Positions 15,681 to 24,525 of a DNA stretch of 64,000 nt are shown here, piece by piece. The translations under genes and the position numbers were made by a program. The notes below the pieces were generated by a model that did not search any database, was not told the DNA's origin, and saw nothing but the letters and a program-made list of their open reading frames with translations. Position 1 is the stretch's first letter; each line of letters starts with the position of its first letter. This DNA is from a virus, in the IMG/VR virus record IMGVR_UViG_3300009370_000002, one strand, 5' to 3'.

Positions 15681-15724
15681 AATGTATTATGATGAGTACC
15701 ACTTGGGTAGGTCATTTTTTGTCC
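15681..15724 (-). promoter_or_regulatory. repeat promoter module 18
   Basis: -10 at 15681-86, -35 at 15704-09, palindrome 15710-24. Confidence 0.85.
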
Positions 15725-15900
15725 TCTGTTACTCTCAAAAGCATATCAATATCCATTGTATGAATATACCCTGTTTGAATCCATTGTACCGAACAACAAA
15801 AGGTTCCATACATGGGAGCAGAAGGTGTTAATACAATCCCATATCCTATTAAATCTTTATGAACTCTATGAGACACAAGATCGCCTATTTCTAATTCCAC
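15712..15900 (-). CDS. SH3/KOW-like mini-protein (62 aa)
   Basis: LEIGDLVSH...EDKK. Confidence 0.75.
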   Translation of the reverse strand: MELEIGDLVSHRVHKDLIGYGIVLTPSAPMYGTFCCSVQWIQTGYIHTMDIDMLLRVTEDKK

Positions 15901-16112
15901 TCTCCCTCCTTCTCAATTAAATATTGAGATAATGATTTAAGTGTTGCCTCTATGATGGTTTCAACTGTCTCCTTTTCCATGTCTGACATTTTTTCAACGT
16001 CAGCAAGGAGTTGTCTAATTTTTGAAATTGAACCAAGCATATCTGCATTTTCTGCGAATATTCTTATGTTTTCACGAGCTTGCTCAAAGGGTCCTTTTTT
16101 TATTTCGTCCAT
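15891..16112 (-). CDS. helical hypothetical protein (73 aa)
   Basis: GGAGG RBS; preceded by a sigma70-like promoter. Confidence 0.65.
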   Translation of the reverse strand: MDEIKKGPFEQARENIRIFAENADMLGSISKIRQLLADVEKMSDMEKETVETIIEATLKSLSQYLIEKEGEWN

Positions 16113-16138
16113 TTTTCCTCCACAGAGATTCTTTATAT

Positions 16139-16167
16139 AATATAACCCATTAGTAAATAGATGTCAA
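16139..16167 (-). promoter_or_regulatory. sigma70-like promoter TTGACA-N17-TATATT
   Basis: tgtcaa at 16162-67. Confidence 0.75.
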
Positions 16168-16168
16168 A

Positions 16169-16453
16169 TCAATCATTTATTATCTTTATATCGCCTCGCT
16201 CAACAAGTTTTATGAAAGTGGTTTCAGCTATTACTTGTACATCCCCATCGGTGTAAGATATTTCGTAGTTATTTCTCCACTTAATTGCGGATATTTCTGT
16301 GTCCATAGCCCCGTAGGGTAGTACCTTAGAAATAATCCCCACCTTCCCCATATCACTAATTAAAGTTCCTGCTGTCCATTTGTTTTTGAACCCATTACTT
16401 GCCTCCACACTTAAGCACCTCCCTAAGAAATCCTTTAGTGATAAAGTCGGCAC
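16169..16453 (-). CDS. hypothetical protein (94 aa), weak SH3-like pattern
   Basis: GKVGIISKV...YEISYTDG. Confidence 0.55.
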   Translation of the reverse strand: MPTLSLKDFLGRCLSVEASNGFKNKWTAGTLISDMGKVGIISKVLPYGAMDTEISAIKWRNNYEISYTDGDVQVIAETTFIKLVERGDIKIIND

Positions 16454-17102
16454 TTGCTACATATACCATATCTTCTTGCAAGTTAGGAAATGGGGAAAAT
16501 TGTGATTGATGAAGCATAACTGCCGACACCACCCCCAGTACCCTACCACGACTATCGAACACAACAGAGCCAGAAGACCCAGGCAGAGCAAACGACTGTA
16601 ATAAAATTTCTCCCTCCCGATGTGCAGATACCATGCCTCTAATTAGTACCTTTCCAAGTCCAGACGGATATCCACTGTAAGTTACTACCTCCCCCAGTAG
16701 ATTATCATCAACATTTACCTTCCACCTTTTAGCAGTAATGACGTTTAACTCCCTATCTGGTATAAGGATAGCTATATCTCTATCCTTATCTACAAAAACA
16801 AGAGTAGCTTTAACCTGCTCCTCTCCATCTAATAGCCTTAAGTCATACTCTGATAACGCAACATGTGCTGCTGTTACTATAAACCTATATTTCCCCATCT
16901 TGAAATAATTCCCAGAACCATGCCCAAGAACTTCACCGTCTGCTGTCATAGCAATTTTTAATGATGACTTCTGTGAACTGTCATCGACTGTTACCTCCGC
17001 CTTCAAGTTTACAGAATCTATCTGCAAGTTTAATTTATCCTTGTTGACATCCCCCGATACCAAACACCCCAATAAAAACAATAACATACCTAACCCCCCC
17101 AT
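16395..17102 (-). CDS. trypsin-like serine protease with N-terminal signal
   Basis: TAAHV (His), DIAIL (Asp), PGSSGS (Ser) triad motifs. Confidence 0.88.
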   Translation of the reverse strand: MGGLGMLLFLLGCLVSGDVNKDKLNLQIDSVNLKAEVTVDDSSQKSSLKIAMTADGEVLGHGSGNYFKMGKYRFIVTAAHVALSEYDLRLLDGEEQVKATLVFVDKDRDIAILIPDRELNVITAKRWKVNVDDNLLGEVVTYSGYPSGLGKVLIRGMVSAHREGEILLQSFALPGSSGSVVFDSRGRVLGVVSAVMLHQSQFSPFPNLQEDMVYVASADFITKGFLREVLKCGGK

Positions 17103-17151
17103 AAGTAACTATGGAGAGATAAACAAAAAAGCTGGCATTTTCAGGTTACAC

Positions 17152-17334
17152 TTAGTCTTCTACCTCGTCAACTGTCCTGATGCTTTCTGGTCTACATATT
17201 ACTTTCATTGCGTTTTCGTCAAGAAAAATTAAAAAATTACGATGTTTTTTGATGAAAACACACTTAGTTTTTTTGTAACCGTCCACCCATTCAATATCAT
17301 ATTTTTTTCCAGACTCTATCTTTTCTATCAGCAT
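17152..17334 (-). CDS. small hypothetical protein
   Basis: ORF track; coupled to the upstream gene. Confidence 0.5.
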   Translation of the reverse strand: MLIEKIESGKKYDIEWVDGYKKTKCVFIKKHRNFLIFLDENAMKVICRPESIRTVDEVED

Positions 17335-17963
17335 TGCTGTTTTTTTCCTTCGACATAGTAGACGTTAATATCATCAATAGTTCTTACAAAGTCATACTTC
17401 TCCCTTCGAGGGGAGAGAAGAATTCCTTCATTCTTTTCGAGCGGAACACCAACAGAAACCAAAAAGGCATCCTGGGGAGGTGTTTCAAAATACAAACTTG
17501 TGTTCTTTAAAAAATAAGAATCGAGATTTTCAATTATTTCAGATATGCGTGGTATATTATTTTCATCGTAATCGCAAAAATTACCAAACATATCGTTTGA
17601 CAAAGCATGGAGACATAACATAACATAAGAACAAACCGCAGGAGCCTCTTCAGTATAAAACCTCTCTTCAAAATATTCCAACAAACCATAGTCAAAACCA
17701 CTATTTAATTCTTGGTATATCGTCTTTGCAAGATATACATCGTGTTTAAGTATTTGATAATGTTTAAAATAACGTTCATTTGAAAAACACAAGGAAACAT
17801 TATTATGTTTACGCAAGGGGCTAAAATATTTGCCTATCTTATCATTATAAAAACAAACTTCTCTTTTTGATTTTCTAATCAAACCGGATAAGAAATAATG
17901 AATGTCTGTTATCTCTTGTTGGTAGTGCAATGGGTTAAACGTAGGAAATTCTTTCACGCTCAC
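17328..17963 (-). CDS. hypothetical protein (211 aa, AT-rich)
   Basis: ORF track; no motif recognised. Confidence 0.6.
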   Translation of the reverse strand: MSVKEFPTFNPLHYQQEITDIHYFLSGLIRKSKREVCFYNDKIGKYFSPLRKHNNVSLCFSNERYFKHYQILKHDVYLAKTIYQELNSGFDYGLLEYFEERFYTEEAPAVCSYVMLCLHALSNDMFGNFCDYDENNIPRISEIIENLDSYFLKNTSLYFETPPQDAFLVSVGVPLEKNEGILLSPRREKYDFVRTIDDINVYYVEGKKQQC

Positions 17964-18211
17964 TCTCCATTAAAATACTTTTGAAGATCACTAAATCCAC
18001 CAATAAATTCTTCATCACCTGTTGGTATATAAACTCGAACTATCATAGGAACAGTTAACCAATCATACTTTTGTTTAACATGAGAAAGAAGCTTCTTAGA
18101 CTCATCAAGACAACAAAACATAAATTGTTTATCGTTCTCCAACAAAAGCTCTTTCGCCTTCACACAATAGGGACAATCTGACCATACATATATTTTGAAA
18201 TATTCCTTCAT
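17960..18211 (-). CDS. glutaredoxin
   Basis: CPYC active site, TVP, FIGG motifs. Confidence 0.92.
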   Translation of the reverse strand: MKEYFKIYVWSDCPYCVKAKELLLENDKQFMFCCLDESKKLLSHVKQKYDWLTVPMIVRVYIPTGDEEFIGGFSDLQKYFNGE

Positions 18212-18213
18212 TT

Positions 18214-18495
18214 TTAATCCTTCAATAGCATCTTAGTGCCACGATATATTTTATTCTCTATTGTCCCGATAGAGCCAATAACGGATATAATAGAATATCC
18301 ATTTTTTGCGTTATTCATCATTATATCCGTAAATTCTGCTGTTGGGTTGATTCCCATGCCGATTCTGCCTTCTGTTAAAGCAGTCCTTAAACTTCGATTC
18401 TCTTTCATATAAGAAATATGAGAGATATTGAGGACAACTTCTGTTAAGTAAAAGCTGCCTTCGTCTTCGTGTATTCTATGCAGCTTTACAAACAT
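18214..18495 (-). CDS. hypothetical protein (93 aa)
   Basis: GGAGG RBS. Confidence 0.65.
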   Translation of the reverse strand: MFVKLHRIHEDEGSFYLTEVVLNISHISYMKENRSLRTALTEGRIGMGINPTAEFTDIMMNNAKNGYSIISVIGSIGTIENKIYRGTKMLLKD

Positions 18496-18698
18496 TCGTT
18501 ACCACCACACAGTTGCAAATCCTTAGTTTTAACTTCCCACACTACATTATCCAAAAGTACAACGCTTTTTTCCTTCCCACACTTCAATATTATAGCTATC
18601 TTTGGCTTCTGTAAAATCAAAGATTGCCAATTATCAGAATTGGAAGAAACAAGCTGCGAAGCCTGTGGTACCCTGACAAGATCACCCTTCGTCAGCAT
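18486..18698 (-). CDS. SH3/KOW-like mini-protein (70 aa, MLTKGDLVRVP...)
   Basis: Family motif; start reassigned. Confidence 0.6.
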   Translation of the reverse strand: MLTKGDLVRVPQASQLVSSNSDNWQSLILQKPKIAIILKCGKEKSVVLLDNVVWEVKTKDLQLCGGNECL

Positions 18699-19101
18699 CA
18701 GATTGCTCCATAAGTTTACTGATAAATTCAGACACCTCTGGCTCGTCGGGCTCTTCTGTCTCTGGCTCGTTGGTTTCTTCCGCTGTCGGGAAAGGTGTCT
18801 CAAAAACTGGTGAGGCGTGAGCTTCATTTTGAGAAGATATAGCACGATGATACCCACCCAATATTGCAGATATTTCTTTTAAGCCTTCATCCATCTCCGC
18901 AAGTCTATAGCGTACCTTATCTAAGTTTATTACCGCAACGGCAATACTCCCAGAAGTACCCAAGTCTTCACGCAACAATGCCTTAACTAAGTTGCACTTG
19001 TTAACTATATCATTAATAATAGCCTCATTAGGCTCCATCATCTTCAAAGCCTTAGACGGAACTTCGCCCAGGTCTAAAGAGTAACTAATCTTTACTTTCA
19101 T
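18682..19101 (-). CDS. hypothetical coiled-coil/acidic protein (139 aa)
   Basis: GGAGG RBS before MKVKISY. Confidence 0.65.
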   Translation of the reverse strand: MKVKISYSLDLGEVPSKALKMMEPNEAIINDIVNKCNLVKALLREDLGTSGSIAVAVINLDKVRYRLAEMDEGLKEISAILGGYHRAISSQNEAHASPVFETPFPTAEETNEPETEEPDEPEVSEFISKLMEQSDADEG

Positions 19102-19114
19102 ATTTCCTCCAAAA

Positions 19115-19384
19115 TTAAGATTCAATTATCATTTTATATATTGTTGTTGTCAATAATCCCATGACTGTCATTATAACACCCCATTGTATTTTAGACGTTG
19201 TTTCTTTCCACTGCTCTAAAGTCCGAAGCCTTGCATAAAGGCCAGAGTCAGGATTGTATATTGCAGTCTTAACGTCACGCATATCTCTAACCATTTCATT
19301 CTGCTTTTCTGCTATCCTTTCAATATCATTTTTTATTTCAAGAATACCAGTTGTTATTTGAGTCACTTGTTCGTCAGTCATCAT
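19115..19384 (-). CDS. coiled-coil protein with C-terminal TM helix (holin/XhlA-like architecture)
   Basis: RLRTLEQ followed by hydrophobic IQWGVIMTVMGLLTTTI. Confidence 0.55.
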   Translation of the reverse strand: MMTDEQVTQITTGILEIKNDIERIAEKQNEMVRDMRDVKTAIYNPDSGLYARLRTLEQWKETTSKIQWGVIMTVMGLLTTTIYKMIIES

Positions 19385-19410
19385 ATCCCCTCATTTGATA
19401 AATAGTACCA

Positions 19411-20976
19411 CTATGATACAATAGCATGACTCGTGGTAATCAAAGTGGAAGCAACAGACACTGCGTTTTGTAACGCACATCGAGTTACCTTTGCCGGATC
19501 AATAATGCCATTTTCAAGCATATTTACAAGCTCATCAGTCATGAAATTGTAGCCTGTCTCTTGGGATGAGTGTGTCACCCTATCTACAATAATATCGGGC
19601 GATTTTCCGGCATTCTTAGCCATCTGACGTAGTGGCTCTTCTACTGCTTCAACAATTATCTTCACACCAAGAGCTTGCTCTTCGGTATCTGTCTCAATGG
19701 ATAAGTTCTGGGTTGCTCTCAATAAGGCAACCCCACCACCCACTACGATGCCTTCTTCTTGTGCTGATCGTACAGCCTCCAAAGCATCGTCGATTCGATG
19801 TTTCTTTTCCAGCATTTCCACTTCAGTTGCAGCACCCACACGGATAACAGCAACACCAGAAGCAAGGCGAGTAATCCTCTCCTGTATTCTTTCGCAAGCT
19901 TTGATGTCATCGGTTTGTGATATTTCTGCTTTAAGCGATTCAATCGTTGTTTCAACTTGTTCCTCATTGCCTTTCCCCCCAACGATAGTTGTCCAACCCT
20001 TATTCATTGATATTGATTTAGACCTACCAAACATTGTCATGTTAACCTTTCTAAGGTTAAACCCTTTCTCTCTTGTGATGAACGTGGCACCAGTGGAGGA
20101 GCAGATATCTTTTAAAATATTTCTTCTCTCCTCTCCATACCTTGGTGGCTTAACAGCAACAATCTTCATAGTTCCTCTTACAGCATTAGCTATAACAGCA
20201 GCTAAAGCTTGCCCCTCCATGTCTCCAATTATCACTAAGGGGGTGTTATCTCTTGACGCAAGCTCAAGGGTGGGTAGTATCTGTTCAATAGTTTCAATCT
20301 TCTCGTCTGTTACCAGAATGAGAGGGCTGTCGTATTCAACAGTGCCATTTCGTTCGTTGTTAATAAAGGTGGAGGAAAGATAACCGGAGTCAAACCTAAA
20401 GCCTTCAATCAAATCGAGGGAGGTATTGATTGATCTTGCCTCTTCAACAAGAACAGAACCATCCTTGCCTGCTTTATCAACTGCTGTGGCTATCAAAGTA
20501 CCTATTGATACATCATTGTTAGCTGAAATCGTGGCAATATGTCGGATGTCTTCTTCCGAACGTATGGGGGTAGCCATCTCTTTCAAGCGTTCAACGATAA
20601 GGCTTGTGGCTTTATCCATGCCACGTTTGATTTCTATGGGGGATACCCCAGCAGTTAAATATTTCTGTGACTCTCTGAGTATTGCTCTTGTGAGTACAGT
20701 AGCAGTGGTGGTTCCATCACCAGCCTTAGAGGCAGACTGTTCAGCAGCCTGCTTTACGATTTGCGCTCCGACATTCTCAATGGGATCCTCAAACTCAACA
20801 AACTTTGCAACCGTTACTCCATCCTTTGTTACCACAGGAACGCCCTGCTTTCTATGAAATAGAATAACATTGCGCCCCTTAGGTCCGAGGGTGGTAGCTA
20901 CATTATCTGTCAACTTGTTGATTCCACTAAGAATCTTTGCACTAAGCTCTTGTCCATCGCTATAGTGTTTTGTCAT
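19411..20976 (-). CDS. groEL: chaperonin GroEL
   Basis: TLGPKGRNV, TKDGVTVAK, GDGTTTATV, RIDDAL, GIIDPAKVTR motifs. Confidence 0.98.
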   Translation of the reverse strand: MTKHYSDGQELSAKILSGINKLTDNVATTLGPKGRNVILFHRKQGVPVVTKDGVTVAKFVEFEDPIENVGAQIVKQAAEQSASKAGDGTTTATVLTRAILRESQKYLTAGVSPIEIKRGMDKATSLIVERLKEMATPIRSEEDIRHIATISANNDVSIGTLIATAVDKAGKDGSVLVEEARSINTSLDLIEGFRFDSGYLSSTFINNERNGTVEYDSPLILVTDEKIETIEQILPTLELASRDNTPLVIIGDMEGQALAAVIANAVRGTMKIVAVKPPRYGEERRNILKDICSSTGATFITREKGFNLRKVNMTMFGRSKSISMNKGWTTIVGGKGNEEQVETTIESLKAEISQTDDIKACERIQERITRLASGVAVIRVGAATEVEMLEKKHRIDDALEAVRSAQEEGIVVGGGVALLRATQNLSIETDTEEQALGVKIIVEAVEEPLRQMAKNAGKSPDIIVDRVTHSSQETGYNFMTDELVNMLENGIIDPAKVTRCALQNAVSVASTLITTSHAIVS

Positions 20977-20993
20977 CTTTCCTCCACGAAAAT

Positions 20994-22547
20994 TTATTGT
21001 CTATATAATATAACCCGTTCTATGAGTTTGTCAAGTGTTTGTTGCGTTAAATTTTGATTTTCTGTTACTTTTGTTGATAGTTCTTCTGCGCCTGAAATCT
21101 CTGGCTTGACACCTGTCTCGCCGCTTATACTGGTGTAAGCAACATTAACCTTGTTAACTAACTTAACCAAATAGTCAACGGATGATAAGCCGTTGCTATA
21201 GTCACCACCTTGCACATAAATATCCATATTCTTTCTTGCTAATGTGGCAAGCTTAAACATTTCCTCAACTTCTTTATTGATTGCGCTAAAGGAGCTATTG
21301 AAGTTTTTTGCATACCCTTCAAGTGTTGGAATTGTTATGGAAATGGGTGTTGCCCTCCAATAAGACTTATCGAATGAAAATTGAGCGTTGTTATTTGCAC
21401 CAGTATATTCAATTTTCAAAGGAGCAGGCTTAAATGATTTTCCATCAAATATGGTTAATTCAAATTCCTCTTTCAGACTTTTACTGTGCTTTCGAGTGCT
21501 ATATGATCTGCTTGATAAGCCTGGGGTTACCTTAACCCTCCTCAAGTCACCAATAAATACGTTTAAGGTTACGAAATTCAACCCACCTGTTCTTTTTCCT
21601 CCGGTGGATACCTTTTCGGAAAAAACATAACGTGCAAAATCACCCTCTTTGTAATGCAAGAAGTTTTTCACTGCTTGTTTTCCGAAGGTTGTTTGGTTTG
21701 ATTCATAAAGCTTTGCGCTTCCTTCTTTTGCACCGGAAGCATCAATCAAGCCGCCTATGGAAAAATCACCTGCTCCCATGCTTGCACCAATATCAGTACC
21801 GCCCATCAAAACTCCGTAAAACGCTTCGATCATCCATCCAGCAGCTTGTCCCGAACTGATTGAGCGAAGTATCCTTGACACTGCATCGAGTACAATCAGT
21901 GATGCCATTGCCTGCCCGGTATCACCGGGGGGTCGCTTGCCTTTCGAAACTGCTGCTCCTGTTTCAGCCAATGCCTCTAATCTTCCCTGCATCGTGCGCT
22001 CATGTGCAAAAGCCACGCTAAATGCGGTTGCAAACTCCGCTGGAAGTCCAGATATTCCGCTTTGACCAGGAGTTGAAAGTTCCAATGGGGCTTGGGATAT
22101 TGATAAGTCATCCTCCCTTGCCTTTGGATCAATCGGACGGGCTGAAGCTGTTTGAGTTTGTACTGCTTTTTGGAGGATGTTGTCGAGCAATTCGCTATTA
22201 GCCGAATATACCTCCAAATCTGCATCTTTTGCTTTCTGTATCAGATTTATTACCCTAACCAATGCCAATCGAGCTTTCGAGTAATCAAGTTCTGAATTCT
22301 CTTCAGGGTTTTGAAAATATTTTTCAAAATCATCAGTTTCAACCGTATTATTATCTGCTGTAGTTGCGGCTAAAGCCTTTAAGTCCTCATCTGACAATGG
22401 ACCGGCGAGAGCCTTGCTAAACAAAGACTGCTTTGGATCCTTTGGAGACTGGATTTGTGAAACTTTAGCCAAGTCATAAGTGTCTTCCTCAATCCTTTGC
22501 AAATCCTCGTTTATGAGTTGCGTTAGTAGTTCATCAGTCAGCTTCAT
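20994..22547 (-). CDS. large hypothetical protein (517 aa), possible virion protein
   Basis: N-terminal MKLTDELLTQLINE leader; no catalytic motif recognised. Confidence 0.7.
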   Translation of the reverse strand: MKLTDELLTQLINEDLQRIEEDTYDLAKVSQIQSPKDPKQSLFSKALAGPLSDEDLKALAATTADNNTVETDDFEKYFQNPEENSELDYSKARLALVRVINLIQKAKDADLEVYSANSELLDNILQKAVQTQTASARPIDPKAREDDLSISQAPLELSTPGQSGISGLPAEFATAFSVAFAHERTMQGRLEALAETGAAVSKGKRPPGDTGQAMASLIVLDAVSRILRSISSGQAAGWMIEAFYGVLMGGTDIGASMGAGDFSIGGLIDASGAKEGSAKLYESNQTTFGKQAVKNFLHYKEGDFARYVFSEKVSTGGKRTGGLNFVTLNVFIGDLRRVKVTPGLSSRSYSTRKHSKSLKEEFELTIFDGKSFKPAPLKIEYTGANNNAQFSFDKSYWRATPISITIPTLEGYAKNFNSSFSAINKEVEEMFKLATLARKNMDIYVQGGDYSNGLSSVDYLVKLVNKVNVAYTSISGETGVKPEISGAEELSTKVTENQNLTQQTLDKLIERVILYRQ

Positions 22548-23442
22548 TTTTGATTTCCTCCAAGAGCTTCTTGAGGTCCAAATTGGCACAGTCGATCTTC
22601 CGCTTAGTCAAATGGTAATGCGATAAGTACCCCGAGAACCTATTCTTTGATGCTTGAGCATCTACAGTATAACTAGTCTCTCCATTCTTGTCCAGAGGGC
22701 ATTCCAAAGGAATCCAAGGCATTGCTCCATGAACAGCTTTCATGAGTGCCTTGAGTGCCCCCACCTGGGTAGGGTAGAAGTCCATAAATGGCTTCATCGA
22801 TTTACCATGAACGTGAGCACCCTCAACCAATGGACGTTCTCCAAAGCCATGACGTTTATACCAAGATTGGTACTTCGGGTAATAGGCATTACTTATCTCA
22901 ACTCCAACCGAGGGAGTGTTGAATTTCCCACCAGCATGATAAGCTATATGGTTCATGTCAAGAAACTGGTATATGGTTCCGTCATTGTCGATGGCGAAGT
23001 GAACTGACAGCCCTCGACGTGTCAACACCTTATAGCATGACTCCGAGTTTAAGCAAACGTCCCAATGTGCCACGAAGAACTTGGGTTTTCGCTGTCTTGT
23101 CATCTTTTTATACCCTTTGGTTATCTTTAAGCCATTGGCATTAAATGGCAATACCACTTTGTCCCACTCAATAGGGTAGTACTCGTTGTTATAGATGATG
23201 TGGTTTGAAGAGCCAGTTCTTACTTCTCTTTGTTGGTAAGACTCAAGCTGGGCTTCTCTAACAGTGTGAATCCTTCTGTAGGTGTTTGGCCCGCAGAGCC
23301 CATCGGCTTTGAGGGAATGATTGCGTTGAAAGTTTCTAATCTTTCTCAACAAATCATCGTTAAAATCATATGCCCCAAACCACTCAGGCGCCCAACCCAA
23401 TTTGGCTGCGGATGCCTCGTTGTAAAATATCTTATCTACCAT
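22534..23442 (-). CDS. endolysin: N-acetylmuramoyl-L-alanine amidase (Amidase_2-type) with N-terminal peptidoglycan-binding domain
   Basis: FQRNHSLKADGLCGPNT; VAHW, SVHFAI, HAG, GVEI, SH...DC motifs. Confidence 0.88.
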   Translation of the reverse strand: MVDKIFYNEASAAKLGWAPEWFGAYDFNDDLLRKIRNFQRNHSLKADGLCGPNTYRRIHTVREAQLESYQQREVRTGSSNHIIYNNEYYPIEWDKVVLPFNANGLKITKGYKKMTRQRKPKFFVAHWDVCLNSESCYKVLTRRGLSVHFAIDNDGTIYQFLDMNHIAYHAGGKFNTPSVGVEISNAYYPKYQSWYKRHGFGERPLVEGAHVHGKSMKPFMDFYPTQVGALKALMKAVHGAMPWIPLECPLDKNGETSYTVDAQASKNRFSGYLSHYHLTKRKIDCANLDLKKLLEEIKNEAD

Positions 23443-23452
23443 GTGTGTTCTC

Positions 23453-24070
23453 CTATCCTATTATCTCGTCTGCAATACCGTACTCAACCGCTTCTTCTGC
23501 TGTTAGATAAACATTAATTTTCCTGTCTAACAGCTTTTGTATTGTTCTGGTTGTCATACTTGTTTCTCTTGATAACGCACTAATATATAGTTCTTGGATG
23601 TGCTTAATTGTCTTGACTTCATTTTCAATATCATGCAATTCGCCAGCCGAACCAGCAGCTACTGCGTGTATCATAACTCGGCAATGTTTTCCAATTTGTC
23701 TTTTGCCTTTGGTTCCTGCTGCAAGTAGGAGAGTTCCAGCGGACATAATCTTGCCCAGCCCGATTGTTTTGACTTCACACTTTGTTTTTGTTATCGTCAT
23801 CATATCGTATATAGAGAACATCTCGTCGGCAGAGCCACCATATGTTGAAAGGTAGAATGTAATTGGTTCATAAGGCGGCTCTTTGTCGGAAAAATCAGTA
23901 AGCATGAGAAGGCCCATACACAAATCTCCTGCCTTTTCCTCGTCCACATCTCCAAATAAAGCAATTGTTCTAATATCCTTTTGAGGAGCAGGCGACAGCA
24001 TTTCTATCAACTTTTCCTTATCTACCTCATCCCCCTCTCGCTTTTCAATCTTGTCTGTGATTTTAATCAT
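23453..24070 (-). CDS. clpP: ClpP-family protease subunit
   Basis: STYGGS, IMSAG (Ser), VMIH (His), YLTAEEAVEYGIAD. Confidence 0.92.
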   Translation of the reverse strand: MIKITDKIEKREGDEVDKEKLIEMLSPAPQKDIRTIALFGDVDEEKAGDLCMGLLMLTDFSDKEPPYEPITFYLSTYGGSADEMFSIYDMMTITKTKCEVKTIGLGKIMSAGTLLLAAGTKGKRQIGKHCRVMIHAVAAGSAGELHDIENEVKTIKHIQELYISALSRETSMTTRTIQKLLDRKINVYLTAEEAVEYGIADEIIG

Positions 24071-24450
24071 TTTTCCTCCTTAATGATTTTATCAATATAT
24101 TTTAACGCAGAAGCCCAATCACGAAATTCAATAAGGTGATTATACCTTGGCGGTACAGAGTTTATGAAATTTCTGATAACGGTATTTTGAAGAGATGTTA
24201 TCTCTCTCTTATCAACTGCTTTTTGGAATTCGATGTACTTTTCATCTCTTTCCATAAGTTTCCAGGCTTCTTGTTTAATGCTGTTTACTTCGTAAACCGA
24301 TTGTATGTTTTGTGCTAGCATCAATAAACAGTCTATCATTGTCTTTTTTATCATTATGATTGACGTTCCAAGGTTGACTAAGCGATTCCACATAATATGA
24401 AAGCAAAACCCACTTAAAAAAGCAACAAACAAACTTATATATCCTTCCAT
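24067..24450 (-). CDS. hypothetical protein with N-terminal TM segment
   Basis: ORF track; preceded by TTGACA-N17-TATGTT (24496-24524). Confidence 0.65.
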   Translation of the reverse strand: MEGYISLFVAFLSGFCFHIMWNRLVNLGTSIIMIKKTMIDCLLMLAQNIQSVYEVNSIKQEAWKLMERDEKYIEFQKAVDKREITSLQNTVIRNFINSVPPRYNHLIEFRDWASALKYIDKIIKEEK

Positions 24451-24467
24451 TCAATCTCCAAATAAGA

Positions 24468-24493
24468 AAGGACGGAATATTACCTCCGTCCTT
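24468..24493 (-). terminator. hairpin AAGGACGGA-N8-TCCGTCCTT, probable terminator of 24526..25089
   Basis: Perfect 9-bp stem with a T-rich tail on the minus strand. Confidence 0.6.
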
Positions 24494-24525
24494 AAAACAT
24501 AACACGCCCTTAAAGACTTGTCAAA

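Noticed and set aside
248-15724. Repeats read as a CRISPR array
   Set aside because: Spacing is irregular (hundreds to thousands of bp), whole ORFs lie between copies, each copy has promoter geometry, and no cas genes are present.
248-15724. Repeats read as integron attC sites or a DGR
   Set aside because: No RYYYAAC/GTTRRRY core or long attC stem; no integrase, reverse transcriptase or TR/VR pair in the window.
19697-20383. Long plus-strand ORFs (also 2344..2784, 28394..28903, 58171..58996 and others)
   Set aside because: Antisense shadows of well-supported minus-strand genes; no RBS or recognisable motifs.
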